Source of the DNA: an uncultured Rhodopirellula sp.
GTDB taxonomy: Bacteria > Planctomycetota > Planctomycetia > Pirellulales > Pirellulaceae
Length of the DNA: 64,000 nt
Direction: 5' to 3'
Assembly (NCBI GenBank): GCA_964007735.1
Contig: CAXGAI010000002.1
Location: 62,001-126,000, forward strand
Within the stretch, counting starts at the first letter, position 1. Every line of letters begins with the position of its first letter. Under the pieces are notes generated by a model, which was not told where the DNA came from, searched no databases, and saw only the letters and a list, made by a program, of their open reading frames with translations. The translations under genes and the position numbers were made by a program. This document shows positions 51,196 to 59,231 of the stretch, piece after piece.

Positions 51196-52473
51196 ATGAA
51201 ACATCTCACCACTTTAGCACTTATCGTACTGCTTTCCATCCATTCTTCTGCCCATTCTCAAGATAGCGACTGGAATCAGTGGAGAGGTCCAAAGCGAGAT
51301 GGAACAATAAACATTAAGCTTCCTGAAAATCTCGAAGACGTCGAAAAATCGTGGGAAGTATCCCTGGGGCCAAGTTATTCCGGTCCCGTGACTCAAGACG
51401 GGTTCGTTTTCACTACCGCAACCGTGGACAAAAAATATGAAGCTGTTTATTGCTACAGCGAAGAAACCGGGAAGTTAGTTTGGACGAGTAAGTGGAACGG
51501 AGCGATGTCTGTTCCTTTCTTTGCTGCTGCAAATGGTAGCTGGATTCGTTCGACGCCACTCGTTGCTGACGGAAAGATCTTTGTCGGTGGAATGCGAGAT
51601 GTTCTGACGTGTCTCAACCTGAAGGACGGGAAAATCCTGTGGCAGATGGATTTCGTGAAGGAACTCAAATCCCCCCTTCCTTCGTTTGGATTTGCATCGT
51701 CACCGATTTACAATGACGGAAAAGTGGTTGTCCAAGCTGGTAGTGGTGTCATTCAACTTGATGCCGAAAATGGGAAAATACTGTGGCAATCCTCGAAGGA
51801 TCAAGGCGGGATGAATGGGAGCGCCTTCTCCTCTCCAACAATTGAAATGATTAACGGAAAACCGCAATTGGTGGTTCAAACCCGAGAAGAATTAGTTGGC
51901 TTAGGGTGGACAAGCGGTGAAAAACTGTGGGGAGTGAAAATCCCTGCCTTCAGAGGTATGAATATCCTAACCCCGATTCGATATGAGGATAGTTTCTTCA
52001 CAAGTTCCTATGGTGGCGGATCATTCCTCTATGATTTGGCCGGGGAAAAGATTAAGCAGGAATATAGCTGGAACAATACGATCCAAGCTTATATGTCATC
52101 ACCGGTTGTACTTGGAGACCACGCATACATGCATCTCCGAAATCAGCGTTTGATCTGTCTAAATCTCAAAGATGGGAAAACAGCATGGACCAGCCAGCCC
52201 TTCGGGAAGTACTGGAGCTTGATTACCGATGGGGAGCGGATTTTAGGTTTAGATCAAAAAGGTGTTCTCTACCTAATTAACGGAACCCCCGAATCCCTCG
52301 AAATTCTTTCACAAAAGAAAGTAAGCAACACCGAGACTTGGGCTCACGTTGCACTCAACAACGGTAACATTTACATCCGTTCTTTAGATAAGCTGATGTG
52401 CTACTCACTGAAGCAAAAAGGCAACTCACCTGAAGCGGGAACTGCTGTCTCATCTGCAGCGAATCTCAAGTAA
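51196..52473 (+). CDS. Secreted PQQ-binding-like beta-propeller protein
   Basis: Signal peptide; DWNQWRGP, SYSGPV, GKILW repeats, TWAHVA. Confidence 0.88.
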   Translation: MKHLTTLALIVLLSIHSSAHSQDSDWNQWRGPKRDGTINIKLPENLEDVEKSWEVSLGPSYSGPVTQDGFVFTTATVDKKYEAVYCYSEETGKLVWTSKWNGAMSVPFFAAANGSWIRSTPLVADGKIFVGGMRDVLTCLNLKDGKILWQMDFVKELKSPLPSFGFASSPIYNDGKVVVQAGSGVIQLDAENGKILWQSSKDQGGMNGSAFSSPTIEMINGKPQLVVQTREELVGLGWTSGEKLWGVKIPAFRGMNILTPIRYEDSFFTSSYGGGSFLYDLAGEKIKQEYSWNNTIQAYMSSPVVLGDHAYMHLRNQRLICLNLKDGKTAWTSQPFGKYWSLITDGERILGLDQKGVLYLINGTPESLEILSQKKVSNTETWAHVALNNGNIYIRSLDKLMCYSLKQKGNSPEAGTAVSSAANLK

Positions 52474-52509
52474 CACTATTCTAGAAAAGGAATAGCTTGG
52501 CCGCTGATT

Positions 52510-53415
52510 TTAATCCCAAACGATCTTGGATGCATCGAACACGGGACCTTCGACACATGTTCGTTTATAATCCCAAGTTCCATCATCCTGGATGACTTTG
52601 GTGACGCAAGTGAAGCAAATCCCGATACCACAGGCCATCGGGGTTTCCAATGACACCTGACATTGAACCCCCCATTTCTTACTAACGTTTGCGACTGCTT
52701 CCATCATTGGTTCAGGCCCGCAACAGACTACTCGAATACCCTGACTGCTGCCATGAGCCTCTTTGTCTTCGGAGAGGACTTGTTCTAACAATTCTGTAAC
52801 GAGACCGTGATGACCACGTGAGCCGTCATCAGTACATAACCTGACGTCCAAATCTTTGACAGCCTCAAACGTATCGACTCCAGCCAATAGATGCTCGTTA
52901 CGAGCCCCGTAGCAAAGGGTTACCTTTTGAGCCTGCGGACAATCCCGGTTGTAATTAGCAAGACCCAGGTATTCACGGGCAAGAGTAACAAACGGGGTTT
53001 GCCCGATCCCCCCAGCAACCATAACGAGATGACGTGTCTCCTGCGGCAGAAAGCCGTTACCTAATGGGCCCCAAACATCCAGATACTGGCCGGCAACAAC
53101 ATCCACTAAGCGAGTTGTAAGATTACCTTTCACGAGGTAGACCGCGTCCAGGTCCGTGGGGACTCCATTTTTATCTCCAAGAACATCAAAGACGGCAAGG
53201 GGACGGCCGATAAGCGGATCATCCCTGTCCGTGATTTTCAACATAATGAACTGACCTGGTTTACATTTAGCGGCCACGTCCGGACAACGAAACCTGACTC
53301 GCCATGTCGCTTGAGCGACTTTGACGTTTTCAATAACTTCAGCAGTGTAATGGGACGAATCGTCTGCATAGTAATCAGCATGCAGTGGGTTATTACAATG
53401 CTCAGTAGACATCAA
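52510..53415 (-). CDS. pyrK: Dihydroorotate dehydrogenase electron transfer subunit
   Basis: PGQF, RPL, GPLGNGF, AGGIG, CGPEPMM, MACGIGICFTCV, CVEGPVF. Confidence 0.9.
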   Translation of the reverse strand: MMSTEHCNNPLHADYYADDSSHYTAEVIENVKVAQATWRVRFRCPDVAAKCKPGQFIMLKITDRDDPLIGRPLAVFDVLGDKNGVPTDLDAVYLVKGNLTTRLVDVVAGQYLDVWGPLGNGFLPQETRHLVMVAGGIGQTPFVTLAREYLGLANYNRDCPQAQKVTLCYGARNEHLLAGVDTFEAVKDLDVRLCTDDGSRGHHGLVTELLEQVLSEDKEAHGSSQGIRVVCCGPEPMMEAVANVSKKWGVQCQVSLETPMACGIGICFTCVTKVIQDDGTWDYKRTCVEGPVFDASKIVWD

Positions 53416-54461
53416 CGACGTTTCCTTACGTTTCGTTTCTTAGCTGGTTTGCGTGGGTTGCTGCCACTACTCGATTTTGAAGAACGTTTCTTCGAATTGC
53501 GAGCCGCGCCTCGGGCTGACTTTCGTGTCGTGCCGGGAGTTGTGCTGCGACTATCATCATTTTTTTTACGACGACCTTGCTGAGTCTTTTTTACGACTTT
53601 TCGTTTTGGATTTCCAGTAGTCGCTTTTCTTTTTGCGTACTTGCGACGAGTTGACGGAGATGACGGCTCACTAGTTACACGTTTCAATGCCTTCACTTCG
53701 GCCACCGTCAGTTCACGGTAAGCACCTTCTGGCAACTCCCCCAGACGTACCGGCCCGATTGCAATTCGCTTCAACTGGAGTACTTTATGCCCCACACGAG
53801 CCAACACTCGGCGAATTTCACGATTCTTACCTTCAGCCAGGACCATTTCCAATTCAGTGGTTTGCTTATGACGCTTTTTAATTCGAATCGACTCAACATT
53901 CGCCTTTCCATCAGAAAGGTAAACTCCCTGACGGACTTCAGCGAGTTGCTCGCGTTGAATGTTACCAGCAACACGGACCGTATAGATTTTGTTGATCTGA
54001 TAGCTGGGATGTGCAATTTTATTGGCCAAATCGCCATCATTTGTGACGATGATCAGCCCTTCACTACTTCGATCCAATCGGCCAATAGTAAACAAGTGAC
54101 TGGAATCACCAATCAAGTCCACTACACGAATCCGTCCATCCGGATCACTGTTCGTCGAAAGGACCCCCTGAGGCTTATTCAGAACATAGTACCGCAAGGT
54201 CGGACGTTCAATAATATCTCCGTCGACACGCACTTCTTCTGTGCCGGGATCTACTTTCACTCCCAACTCAGTTACAACCTTCCGATTCACCTGCACTCGG
54301 CCAGCGGTAATTAACTCTTCACAGTGCCTGCGGCTACCGTACCCCGCCGCTGCCAATACTTTTTGCAAACGTACACTTTCCCCGTCGGCTGCCTTACGTG
54401 AAGTGCGAGCCGGTCGCTGGTCATAGCGACGCGATCGTTTTCGAGAGGATTCCCTATTCAT
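53412..54461 (-). CDS. rluB: rRNA pseudouridine synthase, RsuA/RluB family, with basic C-terminal tail
   Basis: RLQKVLA S4 domain, LNKP.G, GRLDRSSEGL, EGKNREIRR; Lys/Arg-rich tail. Confidence 0.85.
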   Translation of the reverse strand: MNRESSRKRSRRYDQRPARTSRKAADGESVRLQKVLAAAGYGSRRHCEELITAGRVQVNRKVVTELGVKVDPGTEEVRVDGDIIERPTLRYYVLNKPQGVLSTNSDPDGRIRVVDLIGDSSHLFTIGRLDRSSEGLIIVTNDGDLANKIAHPSYQINKIYTVRVAGNIQREQLAEVRQGVYLSDGKANVESIRIKKRHKQTTELEMVLAEGKNREIRRVLARVGHKVLQLKRIAIGPVRLGELPEGAYRELTVAEVKALKRVTSEPSSPSTRRKYAKRKATTGNPKRKVVKKTQQGRRKKNDDSRSTTPGTTRKSARGAARNSKKRSSKSSSGSNPRKPAKKRNVRKRR

Positions 54462-54557
54462 CGATTCAATCTGAAAAAGTAATACGGCAACAATAAATCA
54501 TCAAATCTGGCACGCCAGGTGAATCCCAGCCAGTACCCCACCAACATTGTCCAAAAG

Positions 54558-56024
54558 TCATACAGGATCGTAGCTCTCGGCATACGGGTTCTTGCTACGA
54601 GGCATGAATCGGCACAACAAAATACCCAGGAAGTACAACACGGTTAGCGGGCCACCCAATAGCAACATACTTAACGGGTCAGCCGGTGTTAGAAACATCG
54701 CAATAATGAAGATCACCAAAATCGCCACACGCCATTTTGCAAGATATGCCTTCGTGGTAAAAATTCCGATTCTCTGTAACATCAACATGACCAATGGCAA
54801 CTGAAAGGCGATGCCAAAACCAATGGGTAAAAACAACACGAATCCCAGCCACTCGCTAATACGGGGATCCGGATCAATCGCCATCATACGGTTATAACTA
54901 AAAAGAAAATCGAGCACAGGTTCCATCACAACGAAGAACGCCATAGCGGCTCCGCCGAAAAACAATGCCAGACAGAACGGTAAATAAATGTAAACGTACT
55001 TTCGTTCATGTGGATACAAGCCAGCAGCGACGAAAGCCCACACCTGAAAGAAAATCCAGGGGCTACCAATGACAAATCCTGCGATAAAGGCTGCTTTGAG
55101 CCAAATCATGAAACCTTCATGAGCATTAAGTGTTTGCACGCGGATATCTTTCTTTTCCCAAACCGGCAAAGTGATCGTTGCCGGACGAGCTGAACGAAGA
55201 TACTCAGGGAAGGCGCTAGATAACGCAAACTTATTAACACGTCGTCGCCGATCTTCAATCGTCGTTCCAACACTGGGCTGTTCGATGGCGTTGGTAAGAG
55301 TCCCGAATACTTTATCTACATCGATCTTGTTTTCATCGCCACTGGTATCCAGTTCCGACCACCAGGCATCAGGTGCTTCAATCGACGTCTTTACAAGTTC
55401 GCGAATGTGCTCGTTATTAAAAACCGTCGGATCATTGGCCCAGTGATTAAGAACGGCAATCGCATCAGCAGCCGTACCATCGCCAGTCCTTGTAAGCCGT
55501 TCGACGGCAGCCTGCTGAGCTTCATCGAGAAGTCCATATAGAAACGCTGCCCATGGCTGCTTACTATCAAATGCCGTTTTGAAATTCCTAAAAAAGTCTG
55601 TGTGTTTTGACGGTTCCCCTGCTTCCAAAATAAAATCATCGGGGACGAAAGAGTACAACGCAAAGTCAAGTGCTCCCAGTTGTTGAGGAACAGCTACTTT
55701 CAGTCTCATGAGCAGCTTATCGAGTTCGACCTCGATGTCATTGGAAACGTAGTCCTCTTTGGTTATCAGGCCTGCCAGCTCCGCCTGAGCAATATCATCA
55801 TCTTGAATGCGGTCAAGGGCCGCATTACGGTAGTAAGATCTCAGTGAAGCTTTGAGTGGGACCTGTATTTGCTTGATGACATCGTCTGCATAGAACAAAC
55901 CAAATCCAACGCCAATCACCAACCCAATCGCCGCACGGAACAAGCACTGACGCAGCTCTTCCAGGTGCTCACCGAATGTCATCGTAGAATCTGCGAACAG
56001 ATCTTCTTTAGGGTTTTTAGCCAT
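54558..56024 (-). CDS. tatC: Twin-arginine translocase TatC with large soluble insertion
   Basis: MTFGEHLEELR, FQVWAFVAAGLYPHE, FGIAFQLP, FLTPADP; 488 aa. Confidence 0.92.
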   Translation of the reverse strand: MAKNPKEDLFADSTMTFGEHLEELRQCLFRAAIGLVIGVGFGLFYADDVIKQIQVPLKASLRSYYRNAALDRIQDDDIAQAELAGLITKEDYVSNDIEVELDKLLMRLKVAVPQQLGALDFALYSFVPDDFILEAGEPSKHTDFFRNFKTAFDSKQPWAAFLYGLLDEAQQAAVERLTRTGDGTAADAIAVLNHWANDPTVFNNEHIRELVKTSIEAPDAWWSELDTSGDENKIDVDKVFGTLTNAIEQPSVGTTIEDRRRRVNKFALSSAFPEYLRSARPATITLPVWEKKDIRVQTLNAHEGFMIWLKAAFIAGFVIGSPWIFFQVWAFVAAGLYPHERKYVYIYLPFCLALFFGGAAMAFFVVMEPVLDFLFSYNRMMAIDPDPRISEWLGFVLFLPIGFGIAFQLPLVMLMLQRIGIFTTKAYLAKWRVAILVIFIIAMFLTPADPLSMLLLGGPLTVLYFLGILLCRFMPRSKNPYAESYDPV

Positions 56025-56386
56025 AACTAGAAATCAAGTTTTCCCAAATGGATAATCGTTGTTTACACCGGAATTCCGGCTAAGCGTGTGAAAATATCAA
56101 GACGGCCAGATCAGAACTTCACAGTTGTGAAAGGACCCCAAATTCATACGGAAGGAAGCTGCCGCACCAGCTGAAACAGACCACTAAAAGGGTCTGCGGG
56201 GATTGCTACAAGTCTAACATGAGAGCCCCAGATAAACTAGAAGACAAACTGCCAGAAGATGAGAGTTTGGGAGTGAATTCAACTTAGCACAATGGTGTAT
56301 CGGAGAATCCAATAGGTCACTATAATCCCACCCTACCGGATCGAGAGCTCTAACTAGTATGAACTTGATATTATGGATTCTCCCTC

Positions 56387-56656
56387 ATGCAACGTGGGCA
56401 CTACATTACCACACTCTCACTGCTACTATTGAGCAGTCTGGCGAGTGTAGGCTGTCAGCACTTTCAGGAGCAGGTGACTAAACCTCGCGGAGAGATCCGT
56501 CAGCAGCAATATCGTGCCGCCCTGTTTGATCCCTACTCCGCGACAGAAATCGGAGCCGATCTCGGAGGTATGCGTCCTCCGGAATTTGACCGGCCACTAC
56601 CGGAACCTGTCCGGGACAAATATTTGGGCCAAATGGTTCGTACTCAGACGCCGTAA
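56387..56656 (+). CDS. Small lipoprotein
   Basis: Signal peptide with lipobox SVGC; FDPY..RPPEFDRP. Confidence 0.7.
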   Translation: MQRGHYITTLSLLLLSSLASVGCQHFQEQVTKPRGEIRQQQYRAALFDPYSATEIGADLGGMRPPEFDRPLPEPVRDKYLGQMVRTQTP

Positions 56657-56713
56657 GACTTTACGAGCGCTCTGCATTTGTCGGTATTCACATTTACCAA
56701 CAACTTTTACCAG

Positions 56714-57061
56714 CTAGATCGCATCGGAGCCACGTTCACCCGTCCGAATACGCACGCAGTCGTCCATGGGCAGAACAAAAACCTTACCATCGCCAATGGC
56801 ACCCGATTCTCCCGTACGGCCAGCTTTTAGGATGGCTTGGATCGTTGGCTCAACGAATTCGTCATTGACAGCAATTTGCAATTGGGTTTTGCGCAACAAA
56901 TTAACCGTGAGCTCGCGACCACGGTACATTTCCGTCTGTCCTTTTTGTCGGCCAAAGCCTTGACAATCCATTACTGTCAGCCGGGACACCTCTACCTCAG
57001 TCAAAGCGGCTTTCACATCTTCCAGACGGCTGGGCTGAATAATGGCAATGATTAATTTCAT
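56714..57061 (-). CDS. glnK: P-II family nitrogen regulator (amtB-linked)
   Basis: MKLIIAIIQP, GFGRQKG, GAIGDGKVF, VRIRTGE; downstream of amtB; residue 51 is Leu. Confidence 0.9.
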   Translation of the reverse strand: MKLIIAIIQPSRLEDVKAALTEVEVSRLTVMDCQGFGRQKGQTEMYRGRELTVNLLRKTQLQIAVNDEFVEPTIQAILKAGRTGESGAIGDGKVFVLPMDDCVRIRTGERGSDAI

Positions 57062-57120
57062 GATTTCAATCGGCAAATGGACGACGGTTGTTTTCAGTAT
57101 TGTAATAGTCCTAGGCGAAT

Positions 57121-57162
57121 AAAAAAAGGAGAACGGTTCCGGGTTAGGAAACCGTTCTCCTT
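57121..57162 (-). terminator. Rho-independent terminator between amtB and glnK
   Basis: Minus strand AAGGAGAACGGTTTCC-taaccc-GGAACCGTTCTCC-TTTTTTT. Confidence 0.8.
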
Positions 57163-57178
57163 GAACTTAGAAGCATAA

Positions 57179-57351
57179 GAGTGGTACCCCGGCTCTGGAT
57201 AAGCAAGGCGGTTACTTATCCAGAACCATTTGGGGTATCCTCTCGGATCGAGAACCAATCCGTAACCCGGTAGAACTCAAGGTGAGCCAATTTGTCCCTG
57301 CTGGCGGTTAAACACTAACTACTCGTGTTTCGAATCACCTCAGGTCCTACC
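57179..57351 (-). ncRNA. Candidate structured RNA element (unassigned family)
   Basis: Three consecutive stem-loop domains, including a three-way junction whose closing helix needs G-U pairs that work only on the minus strand. Confidence 0.45.
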
Positions 57352-57367
57352 AGACCATGCTCCTGTT

Positions 57368-58828
57368 TTAGGACAGGTTATCGCCGTAAGCACGCATACC
57401 GTGCTCTGACAAATCGAGTCCCATTTCTTCTTCTTCTCGTGATACGCGTAGCATGCCAATTGCCTTAAGGGTCATGAACAATGCATACATGGTTACAAAG
57501 GCCCAAGCACAGATAATCGCAGTTGAGTAAAACTGAACCCAGATATACTCTCCACGAGCAAGGTCACTGCCCGTCCCGAACAAACCTGTCGCAATGCCTC
57601 CCCAAATACCGCACAGTCCGTGAACTGGCCATGCGCCCACTGGGTCGTCAATCTTTAGCTTGTCGAGCAATACGATACCGGCAACAACCAAGACACCACC
57701 GACAAGCCCAATGCACAGTGCTGATGTAGTGGATACCTGATCGCAGTTTGCCGTAATCGAAACAAGCCCAGCAAGTACACCGTTTAATGCCATCGTTACA
57801 TCTGGCTTACCAAAAGCCAGCCAGGCAACTAACATAGCTGCTACAGCACCAGCAGCGGCGGCCAGTGTTGTGGTCAATGCGATATAGGTGGTTGCATTTG
57901 CTTCGTCTAAGCCACCATAAGTGAGCTGGCTACCAGGATTAAATCCATACCATCCCACCCACAAAAGGAAGACGCCAATAGCCGCAAAGGTTATATTCTG
58001 GCCCGGCAGTGGTGTTGATTTACCGTCGGTGAAACGCCCCAAACGAGGGCCAAGTACGATAGCACCGGCAAGACCAGCAAAACCTCCAACGGCATGTACC
58101 ACGACGGAACCGGCGAAGTCCTGAAAACCAGCTTGGTCAAGAAAGCCTCCACCCCATTTCCAAGCACCGCTGATAGGATAAATCAAACCGGTTAACAAAG
58201 CACTGAACGTTAAGTACGCACCAAATTTCATACGCCCCGCAACAGCACCCGAAACAATCGTCGCTGCAGTGGCTGCAAAAGCTACCTGGAAGAGAAAATC
58301 AACCGAGTTGCTAAAACCATAATCTAAAGCTCCTGCATCGGTAGTATCAGCAGCTACCCCAAAACCAGCAAATGCGAAATAGTCGACATCACCGGGATAC
58401 ATAATTCCCCAGCCAATGAAGAAATAAAGTAACACACCTACTGAAAGATCCATCACATTCTTAAAGAGAATGTTAACGGTGTTTTTCTTAGCGTTTAAAC
58501 CAACTTCAAGGAGAGCGAAACCCGGCTGCATTAAGATAACCAAGACTGCACATATCATCATGAACAACGTATTGGTTATATAGTTGGACTCTGCCTTATC
58601 GTAATAAGGTGCTTCCTCAGCTTCTGCTTCTGCTTCAGTATCTACGGACTCCGCTTCTTCCGTTTCTGTGGTGGATTCTTCCACCGCTGTATCTTCTTCA
58701 ACAACAGCGGCCGGCTCTTCATCCTGAAAAGCCTGCGCTGTTGGTACGAACACGCTCGTACCAATCATCAATGCTAGCAAGCACAACATTTTGCCAAGCC
58801 AACTCTGATCTAATCTCAGAGACAACAT
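57368..58828 (-). CDS. amtB: Ammonium transporter
   Basis: MQPGFALLEVG, FQVAFAATAATIVSGAVA, DFAGSVVVH, WVGWYGFNPGS, NGVLAGLVSIT, IDDPVGAWPVH, EEEEMGLDLSEHG; ATG 58828 after GGGAG. Confidence 0.96.
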   Translation of the reverse strand: MLSLRLDQSWLGKMLCLLALMIGTSVFVPTAQAFQDEEPAAVVEEDTAVEESTTETEEAESVDTEAEAEAEEAPYYDKAESNYITNTLFMMICAVLVILMQPGFALLEVGLNAKKNTVNILFKNVMDLSVGVLLYFFIGWGIMYPGDVDYFAFAGFGVAADTTDAGALDYGFSNSVDFLFQVAFAATAATIVSGAVAGRMKFGAYLTFSALLTGLIYPISGAWKWGGGFLDQAGFQDFAGSVVVHAVGGFAGLAGAIVLGPRLGRFTDGKSTPLPGQNITFAAIGVFLLWVGWYGFNPGSQLTYGGLDEANATTYIALTTTLAAAAGAVAAMLVAWLAFGKPDVTMALNGVLAGLVSITANCDQVSTTSALCIGLVGGVLVVAGIVLLDKLKIDDPVGAWPVHGLCGIWGGIATGLFGTGSDLARGEYIWVQFYSTAIICAWAFVTMYALFMTLKAIGMLRVSREEEEMGLDLSEHGMRAYGDNLS

Positions 58829-59000
58829 GATATTAACTCCCGATTCCAAATGGATTTTTGTTTGTGTTGGTATTTTCCAACAACTTGAATTACTTGAACT
58901 AAGTCCGTTTTAGGTACTTGGCTCCGTCGAGCCGCCTTCCGTGGATACCTAAATTCCATCTGCACAATAAAAATGCAGATAAGACTCGGTTAATAAGAAA

Positions 59001-59016
59001 TGCAAGAACCGTGCCA
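59001..59016 (-). promoter_or_regulatory. Sigma-54 (-24/-12) promoter of amtB
   Basis: Minus strand TGGCAC-GGTTC-TTGCA, an exact match to TGGCAC-N5-TTGC, about 170 nt upstream of the amtB ATG. Confidence 0.85.
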
Positions 59017-59168
59017 AAACGGCTTTTAGAAGAAGACTTCCACATCGAAGAGAAGCTGCAAAACGCTGGATAAAGCCATATACAGGCGATTTTATTACGT
59101 GATGAAAATTAAGATTAATTTATTGGTAATAACAAAAAATTAATCGGCTGTTTAAGAAGCAGGCAAAG

Positions 59169-59185
59169 TGCACAGATCGCATGCA
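59169..59185. promoter_or_regulatory. Putative NtrC-like enhancer box
   Basis: TGCAC-AGATCGC-ATGCA (17 bp, TGCA-N9-TGCA), about 150 bp upstream of the -24 box. Confidence 0.45.
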
Positions 59186-59231
59186 CCGATCCGGGATGGT
59201 ATGAAGAGCTCTTTTGCGGTATCCGTAAAGC

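Noticed and set aside
54508..54522. TGGCACG, a sigma-54 -24-like word
   Set aside because: There is no TTGC at -12, and it points antisense into tatC.
56144..56163. CGGAAGGAAGCTGCC resembles the SRP (4.5S) RNA domain IV loop, and ftsY is nearby
   Set aside because: The 5' partner (CAGG-UCC) is missing, the conserved AGCAG reads AGCTG, and no long SRP hairpin forms.
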